The notes beneath the pieces were generated by a model, which did not search any database, was not told the DNA's origin, and was given only the letters and a program-made list of their open reading frames with translations. A stretch of 64,000 nt of DNA from an uncultured archaeon (GTDB lineage Archaea; Iainarchaeota; Iainarchaeia; Iainarchaeales; VGJJ01). The position numbers and the translations under genes were made by a program. The stretch covers positions 34,552 through 98,551 of the forward strand of contig CAYRUV010000001.1 of the NCBI GenBank assembly GCA_964427715.1. The letters are read 5' to 3'. Positions 1-10,122 of this stretch are shown here, one piece after another (position 1 is the first letter of the stretch; the number at the start of each line of letters is the position of its first letter).

Positions 1-261
1 TGGCAGAAGTTTCGGGATATGATATCCTTCATGAATAGTAAAGGCATTCCTTTCTTCGACATGATTGGTCCCAACATTGTAGTGCGTCGTCTTTCGGCCG
101 AGGAGTGGATTCCTGTCCTCGTGGACTACAAGTCGGCCACGGGCTGGACGCATTGGTCTAAGCCTTGGTATTTCATTCCATCTCTACGACGTCGACGTCT
201 GATACGGCAGGCGAATGCACTGATCACTCGATTCGGCCAGGAGAGAGAGAAAATCCAATAG
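1..261 (+). CDS. Partial hypothetical basic protein (5' end outside window)
   Basis: Frame is open from base 1 (TGG CAG AAG...) to the stop at 261; Arg-rich C-terminus (RRRRLIRQ). Confidence 0.55.
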   Translation, partial: WQKFRDMISFMNSKGIPFFDMIGPNIVVRRLSAEEWIPVLVDYKSATGWTHWSKPWYFIPSLRRRRLIRQANALITRFGQEREKIQ

Positions 262-297
262 CTTCCTCGCGTCCTATCCTATTCCGAATGTGCTTTC

Positions 298-591
298 TCA
301 CTTCGCGATGCCCAAGAATGCGAGCACAATCATCGCGCCCAATCCGGCCAATCCAAATATCGCACTTACAACGAGTGAGGCCCAAAAGGGAAGCTGGATG
401 TTCAACACGTACGTGGCAACGCCCCACCCGATCAATCCGAGGATGGTGTTCACAACAATGTTCTTGAGCATCATGAACACGAGAAATGCCCCGACTACAA
501 GGACAATCCCCACAATCAGCCAGGACCAGTCTCCGGAAACAGAGTTGGCAATCGTTTGGGTGGCCTCGGCGGCCTGCAAGAGGAAGGTCAT
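298..591 (-). CDS. Small membrane protein, BofA-like (three hydrophobic segments)
   Basis: ATG at 591 preceded by a GGAGGT SD; motifs KNIVVNTILGLIG and SAIFGLAGLG. Confidence 0.65.
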   Translation of the reverse strand: MTFLLQAAEATQTIANSVSGDWSWLIVGIVLVVGAFLVFMMLKNIVVNTILGLIGWGVATYVLNIQLPFWASLVVSAIFGLAGLGAMIVLAFLGIAK

Positions 592-671
592 ACCTCCAAG
601 GGTCCTTTCGTTTGTTATAAATCCGCCTCTTGGGGTGGGTCCTATAAAAATCAATCCACCCTTCTTTCATC

Positions 672-1388
672 ATGGCCTTGAACTTTACGGACGCGCAGAA
701 GAAGCTCTGCAACGCCTTGCTGGATGGACCCAAGTCACTTGAAACTCTGTCGGAAAGAGTCGGAATGAAGCACGCGGCCGCCCAGGAGGAATTGAAGCAT
801 TTGATTCAGCTCAAGCTGGTATCCCTGCAAGGAGTCCCGCCGATTTACCTCTTGAAAGAGGAAGTCGTGCAGGAGATGAAGCGACGCAAAACCATTGAAT
901 CGGAAGACGACAACAAGTTCCGCGTTCGCGTGTTGATTGAAGTACAGGGATTAGAGGAATCCTTAGTCCAGAAGCAGGTGGATAAGATTCTCGACACGAT
1001 GCGCGCCGAGCCCATTTTCAAAATCTACGCGGTCAAGACGGAGAAAATCGTCAAAGTGGAGGAGAAGTACACCACGTTCACGGAAATTAACCTCTCTGTT
1101 CGAGACTTCCGCGCCATGGTGCGATTGGCCTTCTTCTACGGCCCTGCGTCGATTGAAGTGATTAAGCCCGCTAAAATAGAGTTTACCCTCAATGATTTCC
1201 AGGATGGCCTAGTGGATATGACCGAGATGGTCCACGCCTACGCGGATTACATCATGGGGATTCTATCCCGAAAGAAGGTGGAGGAGTTCAACACCAAGTT
1301 CTTCCAGGGCGTTCGTTCGGGTCACGAGTTAAAGCCGAAGATCGAGGGAAAAGCCCCTCCTTTGCCCGAAGACCTTCCTTCCATCTAG
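672..1388 (+). CDS. N-terminal winged-HTH protein with an uncharacterised C-terminal domain
   Basis: LLDGPKSLETLSERVG...LKHLIQLKLV wHTH pattern; TATAAAA about 25 nt upstream. Confidence 0.7.
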   Translation: MALNFTDAQKKLCNALLDGPKSLETLSERVGMKHAAAQEELKHLIQLKLVSLQGVPPIYLLKEEVVQEMKRRKTIESEDDNKFRVRVLIEVQGLEESLVQKQVDKILDTMRAEPIFKIYAVKTEKIVKVEEKYTTFTEINLSVRDFRAMVRLAFFYGPASIEVIKPAKIEFTLNDFQDGLVDMTEMVHAYADYIMGILSRKKVEEFNTKFFQGVRSGHELKPKIEGKAPPLPEDLPSI

Positions 1389-1565
1389 GAAATGGGTTTT
1401 TCTTTGGCGAAATACCCTCTCCATGGATTTCCTTATTTCTCGTCTCTTCCCGAGGACCTATTTTCTTTCGCGTATTGCCTTACCTCCCTACGATGATTGT
1501 ACGTGGTATTTCCTCCCCTTCGTTATAAAGGAATTCATTACCTACGTCAATTGTCGGTCAAAACT

Positions 1566-1689
1566 CGAAACGTATTTAAACGGCTTGACCCATGGTAAGA
1601 CTCAATGAGCCAGTCACCGATACCGATGGTCGTTTCGTCCATTGTATGGGTGTGCGAACGCTCGTTGTGATTCGTGAGGTGAAGCACAA
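1566..1689 (+). promoter_or_regulatory. S-layer gene promoter (BRE/TATA) and ~85-nt leader with SD
   Basis: CGAAA then TTTAAA at 1575-1580; GAGGTGA at 1676-1682. Confidence 0.6.
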
Positions 1690-4665
1690 ATGAATGGATT
1701 GAAAGTACGCAAACTCGCAGCCGTTGTAGCTGGTGGTGCGTTGCTGGGTGCCGCAATGGCCCCTATGGTCTCGGCCATCAACAGCAGCGAAGCCAAGTCG
1801 GTTGTCTACAACGCCGATATGAGCCCTGTCGTCAACGTGGTCGTTGGAAAGAACGCCGCGGTCTCCGATGGTGTTTGGGCCGGTAACATCGCCCGAAAGA
1901 TCGTCGAGAAAGCCGTCAAGGAAATGACGTATACAGGCGGAGCAGGCGGAAGCGGCACGGCCGTTGTCTCAGACCTCTCAGCCGTTTTGGCCTTGGGCGG
2001 AACCGTCACGGTTACGGGCGGAAAGACGTTCGACACCGCGAATTTGAATTCGGCCTCCGGAAACGCTGCCGTTGAATACGGACAGTCAATCTCGGAAGAC
2101 CCCCTCTCCTTCTTGAAGGATGAGTCAATTTCTTACAAGTATAACGGATCCTCGACCTCGATCGATGTCCGCGAAACGATCGGAATCGACTTGGACGCCA
2201 AGTTCGAGACCGACGAAGACGTGCGCGATTTGGTCGCTATTTTCGAAGCCGGAGATGTCAACTATGTTTTGAACCTCGGCGGCGGAATTCCGACGAACGA
2301 CACGGATGACGTTGTGGGAGACTTCTCCGACGACTCCGACGATAACATTCGAATCCCCTTCTTCGGAAAGACCTTCTTGGTCCAGACCGTTGACCAGACG
2401 GACTCGAACGCAGTCACGGAACTCCGATTGATCGAAGACAAGGCGAAGCAGACGTTCGTGGCTGGAGAATCCTTCACCATGGCCGGAAAGGGAGCCTACA
2501 CGGGCCAGACCCTCACGGTGACGGTTGTTTCAATTGTCGCGACGAGCGGTGCCGGATCTTACCAGGCCAAGTTCAACTTGACCGACGAAGCCGGAAACGT
2601 TATCGACACGCAGACGGTTGCCTCAGGAACCTTCATCGACTTCGAAGATGACGAAGGCGACGAAGTAGTGAACGGAGACATTTACGTGGACACCGCCTCG
2701 GTCTCTACGGGAACCAACGAAGGAACGGTTGACGTTTTGGTTGGAACCTCCTCGGTGCGCTTGTTGGACGGACAGAATTATCCGTATAACGAAGACGCTG
2801 ATGAAGAGAACATCGACGGACCCTACGGAGTCACGTTGAACGAAATCGCTTCGACGAACCGCTTGACCTCGGTGGTTATTGCCAACCAGGCCATGGACGA
2901 CGACGAGGACTCAGCCGCCGGAGAATTGATCGCTTCCTACACGGACTCGATTAACGACGACGACAACCCCTTGTACTCGAAGAATAATTCGTTGACGGCC
3001 GCCGGAGAAGACGGAGCTTACGAGTTCTCCTTCTTGGACGGAACCGGAGCTTTAGGTGAAGACTTCTTCAAGATCACCTTCAACGGATTCGAGAACGACG
3101 AAGAGATGACCTACATCAAAGTCGGGAACAACGAAATTCAGTTCCGCGACGCGCAGGACTCTACGCACAAGGTGCCCTTCTGGTTCGTCCGGACGGACAT
3201 CGACTCGGCCACGAAGACTGCTACCAGCGATGGTTCAGACTTCACGTTCGACGAGACGCAGGACCTGTGGTGGGATATCAACACGGCCAGCCAGGACTTC
3301 AACGTGTCTAACGGTACGTTGTTGAACGGTGTTGCAGTGTCGATTGTCAGCAGCCAGATGAACACGGATAACGGAGACGTCAACGTTCTCGCGCTTGCCG
3401 GAACCGCTGTGACCATTAAGGGAGTCACCTACTTAGCTGAAGGACGCCAAGGTGCCGGTGTCGTCAAGTTGACGGCTGACGGATACGTTCGCGTTGCGGA
3501 CGCCGAATTGGACAGCGATGTCTCAACTTCGGACTTGGTCCAAGGATTGGGCGGATTGTCCAACGTGACAGGTGTCACGGGCGGAACCACTACGGCCAAC
3601 TTGGCGGGTGTCTTCTTCTACGACGACGCCAACCAGAGCGGAACCTCTATCGCGGTCTCAACAGCCCCGATGTTGCTCCCCTTGTCCGGTGACAACTACA
3701 ATGTGGCATACTCCTACTACGTGGAAGAATCCGCGGATGAAGGACTGTACTTCATGTTGTACGGTGACACGGCCAACCAGCACTCGACCGGAAACGGAGT
3801 CACGGTCCCGTATAACACCACGCTGCAGAACAGCAAGCGATTGGCGTTCATCGGAACCGACGTTGCCGAAGACGGAACAGCGGATAAGAACTTCTACTTC
3901 CCGCAGATCGACGATTTGGGACAGGACGATTCGAGCACCACGGTGTTCTCTTCGATCTTCCAGGTCGACGAAAACGGTGGTACGGAGTATCCGATCCGAT
4001 TCTACATCGACAACCAGACCGACGACATCCCCAACACGGATGACGACGATATCGCAACCCCTACCTCGGATGTCAACTACGGTTGGTCCAGCACGGGTCT
4101 GAACGGTGTCACGTTGTCTTTGGACTTCGAGGACAGCGACAGTTTGGAAGCCGCTTGGACGGACTTCGGAACGAAGATCTCGATCGAAGGACACGACGCC
4201 GCAGAATTCTGGATCCCCGAGAACCGACCTCAAATCGAGTTCATCGTCTCCGGAGCCTCTACGACGACGGAAGTCGAAGGTGGAGAAGAAATTGAAGTAG
4301 ACGAAGGCGAAACGGGTACCTTCACGACCGGAACGCAAGTTGCGGTTAAGGAGATCAAGTACACGGCTACGGTCACCGACGGCTCAACAGTCGTTGTCGC
4401 TGGAGCTCCCTTCACGTACACGACCCCTGCCGCCTTGAACGGTAAGGCTCAGGTCTATACGACGGATTCAGCCGTTCCGGGACCCAAAGTCATTGTGGGT
4501 GGACCTTTGGTCAACTCCTTGGCCCAGGAAATCGCGGACCAGTTGAACGCGGACGGAGACATGGTCTCTGGTGTGTTCGGAGGCAATATCATTGTCGCCG
4601 GATACAGCGCGGAAGACACCGGACAGGCAGCCCAAGACCTCATTTCGGCCTTGGACGCTATCTAA
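1690..4665 (+). CDS. S-layer protein (Methanococcales/Thermococcales-type N- and C-terminal domains)
   Basis: Signal peptide KVRKLAAVVAGGALLG; VVVGKNAAVSD near the N-terminus; IVGGPLVNSL and VAGYSAEDT near the C-terminus; acidic; strong codon bias. Confidence 0.92.
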   Translation: MNGLKVRKLAAVVAGGALLGAAMAPMVSAINSSEAKSVVYNADMSPVVNVVVGKNAAVSDGVWAGNIARKIVEKAVKEMTYTGGAGGSGTAVVSDLSAVLALGGTVTVTGGKTFDTANLNSASGNAAVEYGQSISEDPLSFLKDESISYKYNGSSTSIDVRETIGIDLDAKFETDEDVRDLVAIFEAGDVNYVLNLGGGIPTNDTDDVVGDFSDDSDDNIRIPFFGKTFLVQTVDQTDSNAVTELRLIEDKAKQTFVAGESFTMAGKGAYTGQTLTVTVVSIVATSGAGSYQAKFNLTDEAGNVIDTQTVASGTFIDFEDDEGDEVVNGDIYVDTASVSTGTNEGTVDVLVGTSSVRLLDGQNYPYNEDADEENIDGPYGVTLNEIASTNRLTSVVIANQAMDDDEDSAAGELIASYTDSINDDDNPLYSKNNSLTAAGEDGAYEFSFLDGTGALGEDFFKITFNGFENDEEMTYIKVGNNEIQFRDAQDSTHKVPFWFVRTDIDSATKTATSDGSDFTFDETQDLWWDINTASQDFNVSNGTLLNGVAVSIVSSQMNTDNGDVNVLALAGTAVTIKGVTYLAEGRQGAGVVKLTADGYVRVADAELDSDVSTSDLVQGLGGLSNVTGVTGGTTTANLAGVFFYDDANQSGTSIAVSTAPMLLPLSGDNYNVAYSYYVEESADEGLYFMLYGDTANQHSTGNGVTVPYNTTLQNSKRLAFIGTDVAEDGTADKNFYFPQIDDLGQDDSSTTVFSSIFQVDENGGTEYPIRFYIDNQTDDIPNTDDDDIATPTSDVNYGWSSTGLNGVTLSLDFEDSDSLEAAWTDFGTKISIEGHDAAEFWIPENRPQIEFIVSGASTTTEVEGGEEIEVDEGETGTFTTGTQVAVKEIKYTATVTDGSTVVVAGAPFTYTTPAALNGKAQVYTTDSAVPGPKVIVGGPLVNSLAQEIADQLNADGDMVSGVFGGNIIVAGYSAEDTGQAAQDLISALDAI

Positions 4666-4693
4666 AGGCGTCAACTCCAAGTGGATGGTTAGC

Positions 4694-4770
4694 GGAGTAG
4701 GAGGGGGATTTCCCCCCTACTCCTTTCCCATTTACTCTCTCTTTTTTGTTTGAGTTTTTCCTTCTTTTTT
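4694..4770 (+). terminator. Hairpin plus U-rich tract after the S-layer gene
   Basis: GGAGTAG-GA-GGGGG..CCCCC-CTACTCC stem followed by long T runs. Confidence 0.7.
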
Positions 4771-4827
4771 CCTTATTCTCGTGGCTAAAACGTTCCATTA
4801 AAAGGCTTTTTTGGGAATCTTTGGTCT

Positions 4828-5490
4828 ATGCGCAACGTACATTTGTATGCCCTCTTCGCCCTCTTGTTTGCGGGGGCATTGTTCCTCGCGGTCACGCAGA
4901 CCACTCCTCAAGAGTTATGGGGGAAGATCTTCGCGACCAAGTATGAGTACTCCCTCACCGAGAGTGGGATTCTCTTCGCATCCAATGATGCGTCCATTGA
5001 GGAATCATTGGCGTTCATCGGCCAGCAGAAGAGCTTTGTCCTTTCTCCGGTGGGACTGCAGACGAATGGTTCATTGAACGGGTTGATTGGGGATGCGCTG
5101 GTGCAGCAACAGATTGTATTAGGCGGAAACCAAAAACTTACGATGACGGTTGTTCGCGTCTATGATGTTCCGAATGGAAAATGGTTGGGCTGCCAGACCG
5201 ATTATGGAACGGCCAAGGATTCGCAGTTCATTGGTTTAGAAGAATGCCAGTCTCTCTTGTCCCCGTCGAATTCGTATGTGATTCTCACCGCGTTCCCGGA
5301 TGACTCTTTGAGCCAGCCATTGGTGTTGATTTCTCCCACGTCGACCGTGATATACACGCCTAAAGAAGAGGACATTCCCGGCGTGAACTACCTATTCCTG
5401 CGCGGCGTCTTCAAGAACGCGGAGCAGTTGATTGGGGTCGCGAATCAAGTCGTGGATGCGGTTCAAAATCCCGACACGAATACCAACTAG
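4828..5490 (+). CDS. Membrane-anchored/secreted hypothetical protein
   Basis: N-terminal hydrophobic helix; 220 aa; two Cys. Confidence 0.75.
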   Translation: MRNVHLYALFALLFAGALFLAVTQTTPQELWGKIFATKYEYSLTESGILFASNDASIEESLAFIGQQKSFVLSPVGLQTNGSLNGLIGDALVQQQIVLGGNQKLTMTVVRVYDVPNGKWLGCQTDYGTAKDSQFIGLEECQSLLSPSNSYVILTAFPDDSLSQPLVLISPTSTVIYTPKEEDIPGVNYLFLRGVFKNAEQLIGVANQVVDAVQNPDTNTN

Positions 5491-6773
5491 TCTTGCTCTT
5501 CGGCTTCTTCGGTCGTATTGACGGGAAGGGAATCGTTTTTCATCAATTCTCTCAATGCCGTCGTGGCATACGCTCCTTTGTCTAGCCAAAATGATACCGT
5601 TGCAGCGGTCTTTCCTTCGTAGAACGCATCCTTCTCAACTTTTTCGAGCTTGAAATCATGCACGCGCAATAGAATAGGTTTTCTCGCGCCCCAACTGGAG
5701 AGTTCTCCCAACTTGGGGTTGTTGAACAGCTTGGGGTGGACACCTTCCTTGGTCAATACCCCTTGCTCGATATCTCCCGGGATTCCCTTTGCATACGTGG
5801 ACTGGCTTCCCGGCAAGGGCGCGGTGGGGATTCCATTCTCGAGGATGTCTCCCTCCATCGCGTACATCAGTCCTTTCCTCACGCGCTCGGCGACGATGAG
5901 GTTGAACAAGTGGCTCTGGTAGGCGTGCGTGAACAAATACCTCGTCTTCTGGGGCAATCGTTGGAAGGCCCCGGCGAAGTCCTTAGGGTTGGTTACGAGG
6001 TGATTGAGCATGATTACTTCAAAGTGCATCTTATCTGGAAATTCCTTGAGAGCGCGGGAAAAATCATGCGTCTCGCGCAATTGTTTACGTGCATCCGCCA
6101 CAATATCTTCTTCTCCCACCGAGGGTTTGGTGAGGTATTCCATCACGGCTTCGTCCATTTTACCTTCTAACAAGAGCTTCCCCACTACATGCGTGATGTT
6201 TCGGATGCCCCCAAAGCGTTGTTCGCCGTAATAGTTGGGCACCCCATTCGCGAGTAGTCCAGAGAAGGCGTGGATTTGTTTCTCGGTTTCTCCCATCAAA
6301 TGAGGGATGTCTCGGATGGTGATTCTAAACTTATTTCCCCTGGCGTCTCCTAAATCAATACGCTTGTCCGACCATTCCGCGTGATGCAAAGCGATTCCTC
6401 GCATGCTGAATCGTTTCAACTTTTCGATTTCGGGTCGCCACATCGAGATGCGTTGGCATGTTAATGCGCGCTTGTCTTTCAATCCTGCATACCCGATACG
6501 CTTCACGCTGTTTCCCGTTCCGCGGGAAAGGTTTCGGATGGCAAACGTAGTTTCGAGGTTGAACTTTTCCATTCTCACGTGCAATTGGTCAAACTTTCGA
6601 GGGTTAGGATTCTCGGGAATCGTGAGGTTTATTCGGGGAGGGGGGTTGAGGTTCAATTGTTCAATAGTACAAACCGTTCCGTCCTGAAGGATTTCCTCTA
6701 CTTGAAAGTCCTCGATTCGTCGCTTGAGTTGCCCTCCTAACGGAGTTGTTTTAGTGAAATAGGGGAGGTCCAT
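5487..6773 (-). CDS. truD: tRNA pseudouridine(13) synthase TruD
   Basis: EDFQVEE, GYAGLKDKRA, GNKFRI, PNYYGEQRFG, GAYATTALRE. Confidence 0.95.
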   Translation of the reverse strand: MDLPYFTKTTPLGGQLKRRIEDFQVEEILQDGTVCTIEQLNLNPPPRINLTIPENPNPRKFDQLHVRMEKFNLETTFAIRNLSRGTGNSVKRIGYAGLKDKRALTCQRISMWRPEIEKLKRFSMRGIALHHAEWSDKRIDLGDARGNKFRITIRDIPHLMGETEKQIHAFSGLLANGVPNYYGEQRFGGIRNITHVVGKLLLEGKMDEAVMEYLTKPSVGEEDIVADARKQLRETHDFSRALKEFPDKMHFEVIMLNHLVTNPKDFAGAFQRLPQKTRYLFTHAYQSHLFNLIVAERVRKGLMYAMEGDILENGIPTAPLPGSQSTYAKGIPGDIEQGVLTKEGVHPKLFNNPKLGELSSWGARKPILLRVHDFKLEKVEKDAFYEGKTAATVSFWLDKGAYATTALRELMKNDSLPVNTTEEAEEQD

Positions 6774-6807
6774 GTCCTAGAATGAGTCCTATGGGCTTTA
6801 ATGCCTG

Positions 6808-8058
6808 CTACTTGTACCGGAGCATGGCGCCAATCCCACCAAAAGAGTGGTAGAATTGGGCTCCTTCCTCGGAGTCCATGGAAATAACGGCAGTTTCGGT
6901 TCCCATGGCGTGGGTCTTCTCTAATAAGTGGTCCAAATAGTCGGCTTCCTCTACTTCTTCCACGGCTCCTTGGCACTTTTCACACTTGATTTGAGTATCA
7001 TCGAATTCTTGCTTGGGGTCCTTGATTGTAAACATCTTCTCATGCTCACACTGGGTACACTTCACCGTGATGATTCTCCACGCGATTCCTTCTGAGAGGA
7101 TAAGCAAAGAGACTTGTCCCTTCTCTAAGGATTCTTCCACGTCTCGCTGTCCATATGTTGCAAGTCCGTCCTTGGCGACCTCGGTCATGAACTTAGAAAG
7201 GATAGCCTTTTCGCGCATGATCTCCGTGTTGCGTAACAAGTCTTCGCTTCGCTGGATGATCTCACGAATACCCGATTCATCCGTGTAGGATAAATCAATG
7301 GTTCCGAGGATTTTGTCTCGGATACGATAATCCAATGCTTCCAATCCCAAAAAATCATTCTTGGTCTGACCAGGTCCACCCACAATAACTCCTTTGAGTT
7401 TGTCGAATTTTCCCTCCAATGCGGAGTTGATTTTTCCTGAAATACTCTTGTAGAAGTCATTCGCGGCTTCTTCTCGCAAGTGTTCGAATCGTTGTGCGGA
7501 TTGTCCACCGGCACGGAACTTTCCGGCAACATTTGAAGTAAAGTGTCCGATGATTTCGTATCGCTTCCCAACCAGCAATGCAATGGTGGCCTCTCGCTTG
7601 TCCATGACCACAAAGCAGTACACCTCGTTCGGGACCATCATGTCTTGCAACGGATCTAAGTGGAATGAGCTATCGCACCAATACAATTTTGTGCGTAAGG
7701 CCTTGAGGGCCTTCACCACAAACAATCGCAAGTCCGTGCGTCCTTCAATCGGGGAGATGTTTCCCGAAAACACGGCCATTCCAGTGGCGGGAATATCGAA
7801 GTTGATTTGTTTGAGGTAATTGGAAATCTTCTTCAACGCGGACTGGACATTCTTCCGTGTTTGAGGAGATTTGATGTTGGAGCTTTGGCTCATTTCCGTA
7901 GCCAGTTGGTTCATCACCGAACTTCGGTCGGTTCCATGCGGAATGTACACGGAAATCAATTCGGTTCCTCGTCCCTTGTAGCCGGACAGCTCCTTCAGCT
8001 TCTTCTTGAAGAGGGCCTGCTCGGCCGAGTCGGCTTCTATTAGGGTTTCTTTGGGCAT
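6808..8058 (-). CDS. prf1: Peptide chain release factor aRF1
   Basis: GRGTELISVY, NIKS, YWCDSSF, GGQS, GGIGAMLRY. Confidence 0.97.
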   Translation of the reverse strand: MPKETLIEADSAEQALFKKKLKELSGYKGRGTELISVYIPHGTDRSSVMNQLATEMSQSSNIKSPQTRKNVQSALKKISNYLKQINFDIPATGMAVFSGNISPIEGRTDLRLFVVKALKALRTKLYWCDSSFHLDPLQDMMVPNEVYCFVVMDKREATIALLVGKRYEIIGHFTSNVAGKFRAGGQSAQRFEHLREEAANDFYKSISGKINSALEGKFDKLKGVIVGGPGQTKNDFLGLEALDYRIRDKILGTIDLSYTDESGIREIIQRSEDLLRNTEIMREKAILSKFMTEVAKDGLATYGQRDVEESLEKGQVSLLILSEGIAWRIITVKCTQCEHEKMFTIKDPKQEFDDTQIKCEKCQGAVEEVEEADYLDHLLEKTHAMGTETAVISMDSEEGAQFYHSFGGIGAMLRYK

Positions 8059-8161
8059 ATACTGTGCCTTCTAACATAATGGGCTTAGGCAAGTTTTTAT
8101 AGCGGGGTGTAGTGAGAAAAGTTGGCGGTGTAGCAGCTGTTCAAAGGGGTAGGGTCCAGTT

Positions 8162-9031
8162 ATGGACATGTTTGATTTATTCCGGGAAACCGATGCCAAT
8201 TCGAAGCCGGAAAAGACCCTCTCGCCGGACAGTCCGCCAATTCCAGAATCCAATTCTTCTCTCAATGACTCGGATGAGTCCACGGGTTTATTCGCACCTT
8301 CTCCTGAATCCGAAGAAGCGCCCTTTCCTTCCACACTCGCTCCTTCGTCTCGCAATGCGGTTTCCAATTCACTCGTGATTGCGATACCGGGCTCGGTTAT
8401 CCTACGTTCGAATTCTTTTCAGCTTGCGTGGCTCTCTCGCCTCGCCCAATCGATTGAATCCTTGCGTACAAATGGAACGAAGGTTACGGTGGTCGTGGGA
8501 GAATCCCCCGATGTTCGCACCGCGTCTCGCGCTGCGCACCAATTGAGCTTACATCCGAATGAAATCAGTCAAGCCATGCGCGCTTCTTCGGGATTGAATG
8601 CCTCCTTAGTGTTGCGCACTCTCTCCCAAGCCCACCCTCAAGTGTGCGAGGATATTCAAGAGACGGTTTCGTTGTTGCAGACCGATACGTTGCCGGTGAT
8701 GCTGGGTTCGAAGGACTCATTGTCTATGGAAGCTCGCGCGGCGATGCTTGCCGAGAGTATGGGGGCGAAGATGGTGTTGTTTTCGGAGATGGATATTCCC
8801 TACAACACCCTTCATCACGGTCGCTTCTCCAAGATGGCCTCGGACTCGGCGTTCAAGTCCAACCAGCAGTTCATCGTGGATCCTCTAACGGCATTGGTTT
8901 TGGCCCGCTCGAAGGTGGAAACCCTTTTGCTTTCCGAGAAGCATGTCTCCAAGCTCGCGTCCGTGTTGAGTGGGCAAGCCAAGGAAGGCACGTGGATCAC
9001 CAGTTCCCCGGCGGCTGCAAAAGAAGAATAA
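8162..9031 (+). CDS. Divergent amino-acid-kinase-family (UMP kinase-like) protein, probably degenerate
   Basis: VIAIPGSVI, VTVVVG, AAMLAESMGA, FIVDPL follow the PyrH layout but lack the catalytic Lys and GGG; disordered N-terminus. Confidence 0.6.
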   Translation: MDMFDLFRETDANSKPEKTLSPDSPPIPESNSSLNDSDESTGLFAPSPESEEAPFPSTLAPSSRNAVSNSLVIAIPGSVILRSNSFQLAWLSRLAQSIESLRTNGTKVTVVVGESPDVRTASRAAHQLSLHPNEISQAMRASSGLNASLVLRTLSQAHPQVCEDIQETVSLLQTDTLPVMLGSKDSLSMEARAAMLAESMGAKMVLFSEMDIPYNTLHHGRFSKMASDSAFKSNQQFIVDPLTALVLARSKVETLLLSEKHVSKLASVLSGQAKEGTWITSSPAAAKEE

Positions 9032-9037
9032 TTTCGG

Positions 9038-10057
9038 CTACTGCACGCCCTTATTGCCTAAGTGTTTGATCTCATCGAAGATGTAGTTCTCGATGGTGCG
9101 ATTTCCCAATAGTATTTCGGCTTCAATCGGGGTGAGCATGGGCTTGTCATATCGCTCAAAGTCATCTGTGGCGATTCGGGAGCAGGCGGTGTTGATGTAG
9201 GCATCCACTTTGACTCCGATGAGGGAGGTAGGATTCACAAATTCCATTCCGACCATGTAAACTTTCTTTCCCGCTTGTTCGAGTTGTTCTTTGAGTCGCA
9301 TTCCCAGTGCTTTGCGTAATTGTCCTTTCTTTGTGCAGAGAATAATGACGAATGATTGCGCGTCTTTGGCTTTAGCGATGAGTCCGAATCGTTGGCGGAG
9401 GTATTTTTCCTTGTACTTGTTCAAATCTTCCAATCCAAGTGTGAAGGGATTGTATTGGAACGTGGGTTTCTTGCTCGCGAATGAGATGGCGAGGGCGTGG
9501 AAGTATCCGTCGCCGAAATACAAGTTGGCATCGACTTTCTCCTCAATGTCGCGTCGGGCGGAAACATCACAGCCGAGGATTTGTCCGTCTTTGAGGTCGC
9601 CCATCCCGACCATGACTTCATATCCAGCTTTTTCAAGTTCGGATTTGATCTGAGGAAGGTACCGGTGGCACTGAATCGTAACATACACGCCTATTTTTTT
9701 GTGCGTCTTGAAGAAGGGTTCATTGTGCAGGGCTTTGACGCATCCGGGGATCATGTTATCCTCTAAGGGATATTCCACGGGCCAATAGATTACTGGGATT
9801 CCCGTGTGAATCATTTTGGAATGTCCAAAGTGGATGACTAAATCGCATCCCAACAATTGGGCTTGGTGGTCGGCGATGTCGCAGGCTCCAAAGGAAGGAT
9901 CCAACATCGTGATGGTGGGCACTCCTGCGCGTGTGAACGTGTCCTCAATCTCCGTGACATTACTCTTGAGTCCTTCGGGGATCTGAAGTAATACCATTTT
10001 GGGTTTACGCGGTGTGACTTCGGCCAGCAATTCGTCCAGGTGTACTTTCGAGTCCAT
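9038..10057 (-). CDS. dph2: Diphthamide biosynthesis protein Dph2
   Basis: LQIPEGLK, FGACD, HFGH, GQILGC, GDGYFH, TACSRI (three Fe-S Cys). Confidence 0.95.
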   Translation of the reverse strand: MDSKVHLDELLAEVTPRKPKMVLLQIPEGLKSNVTEIEDTFTRAGVPTITMLDPSFGACDIADHQAQLLGCDLVIHFGHSKMIHTGIPVIYWPVEYPLEDNMIPGCVKALHNEPFFKTHKKIGVYVTIQCHRYLPQIKSELEKAGYEVMVGMGDLKDGQILGCDVSARRDIEEKVDANLYFGDGYFHALAISFASKKPTFQYNPFTLGLEDLNKYKEKYLRQRFGLIAKAKDAQSFVIILCTKKGQLRKALGMRLKEQLEQAGKKVYMVGMEFVNPTSLIGVKVDAYINTACSRIATDDFERYDKPMLTPIEAEILLGNRTIENYIFDEIKHLGNKGVQ

Positions 10058-10122
10058 GGGTTAGGCTTCCTGTTTCGAAAAAGAATGGAGAACGAAGGAG
10101 AAGGGCTGACTGAATGTCATGG

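Noticed and set aside
1480..1548. Imperfect TTACCT(CCC)TACG-like repeats upstream of the S-layer promoter
   Set aside because: Too short and degenerate to call an operator or a CRISPR remnant
1806..4680. Many long antisense and alternate-frame ORFs over the S-layer gene, and similarly over other genes (e.g. 44650-45498, 50513-51373)
   Set aside because: Shadow ORFs caused by codon bias and low-complexity coding on the real strand; no recognisable motifs
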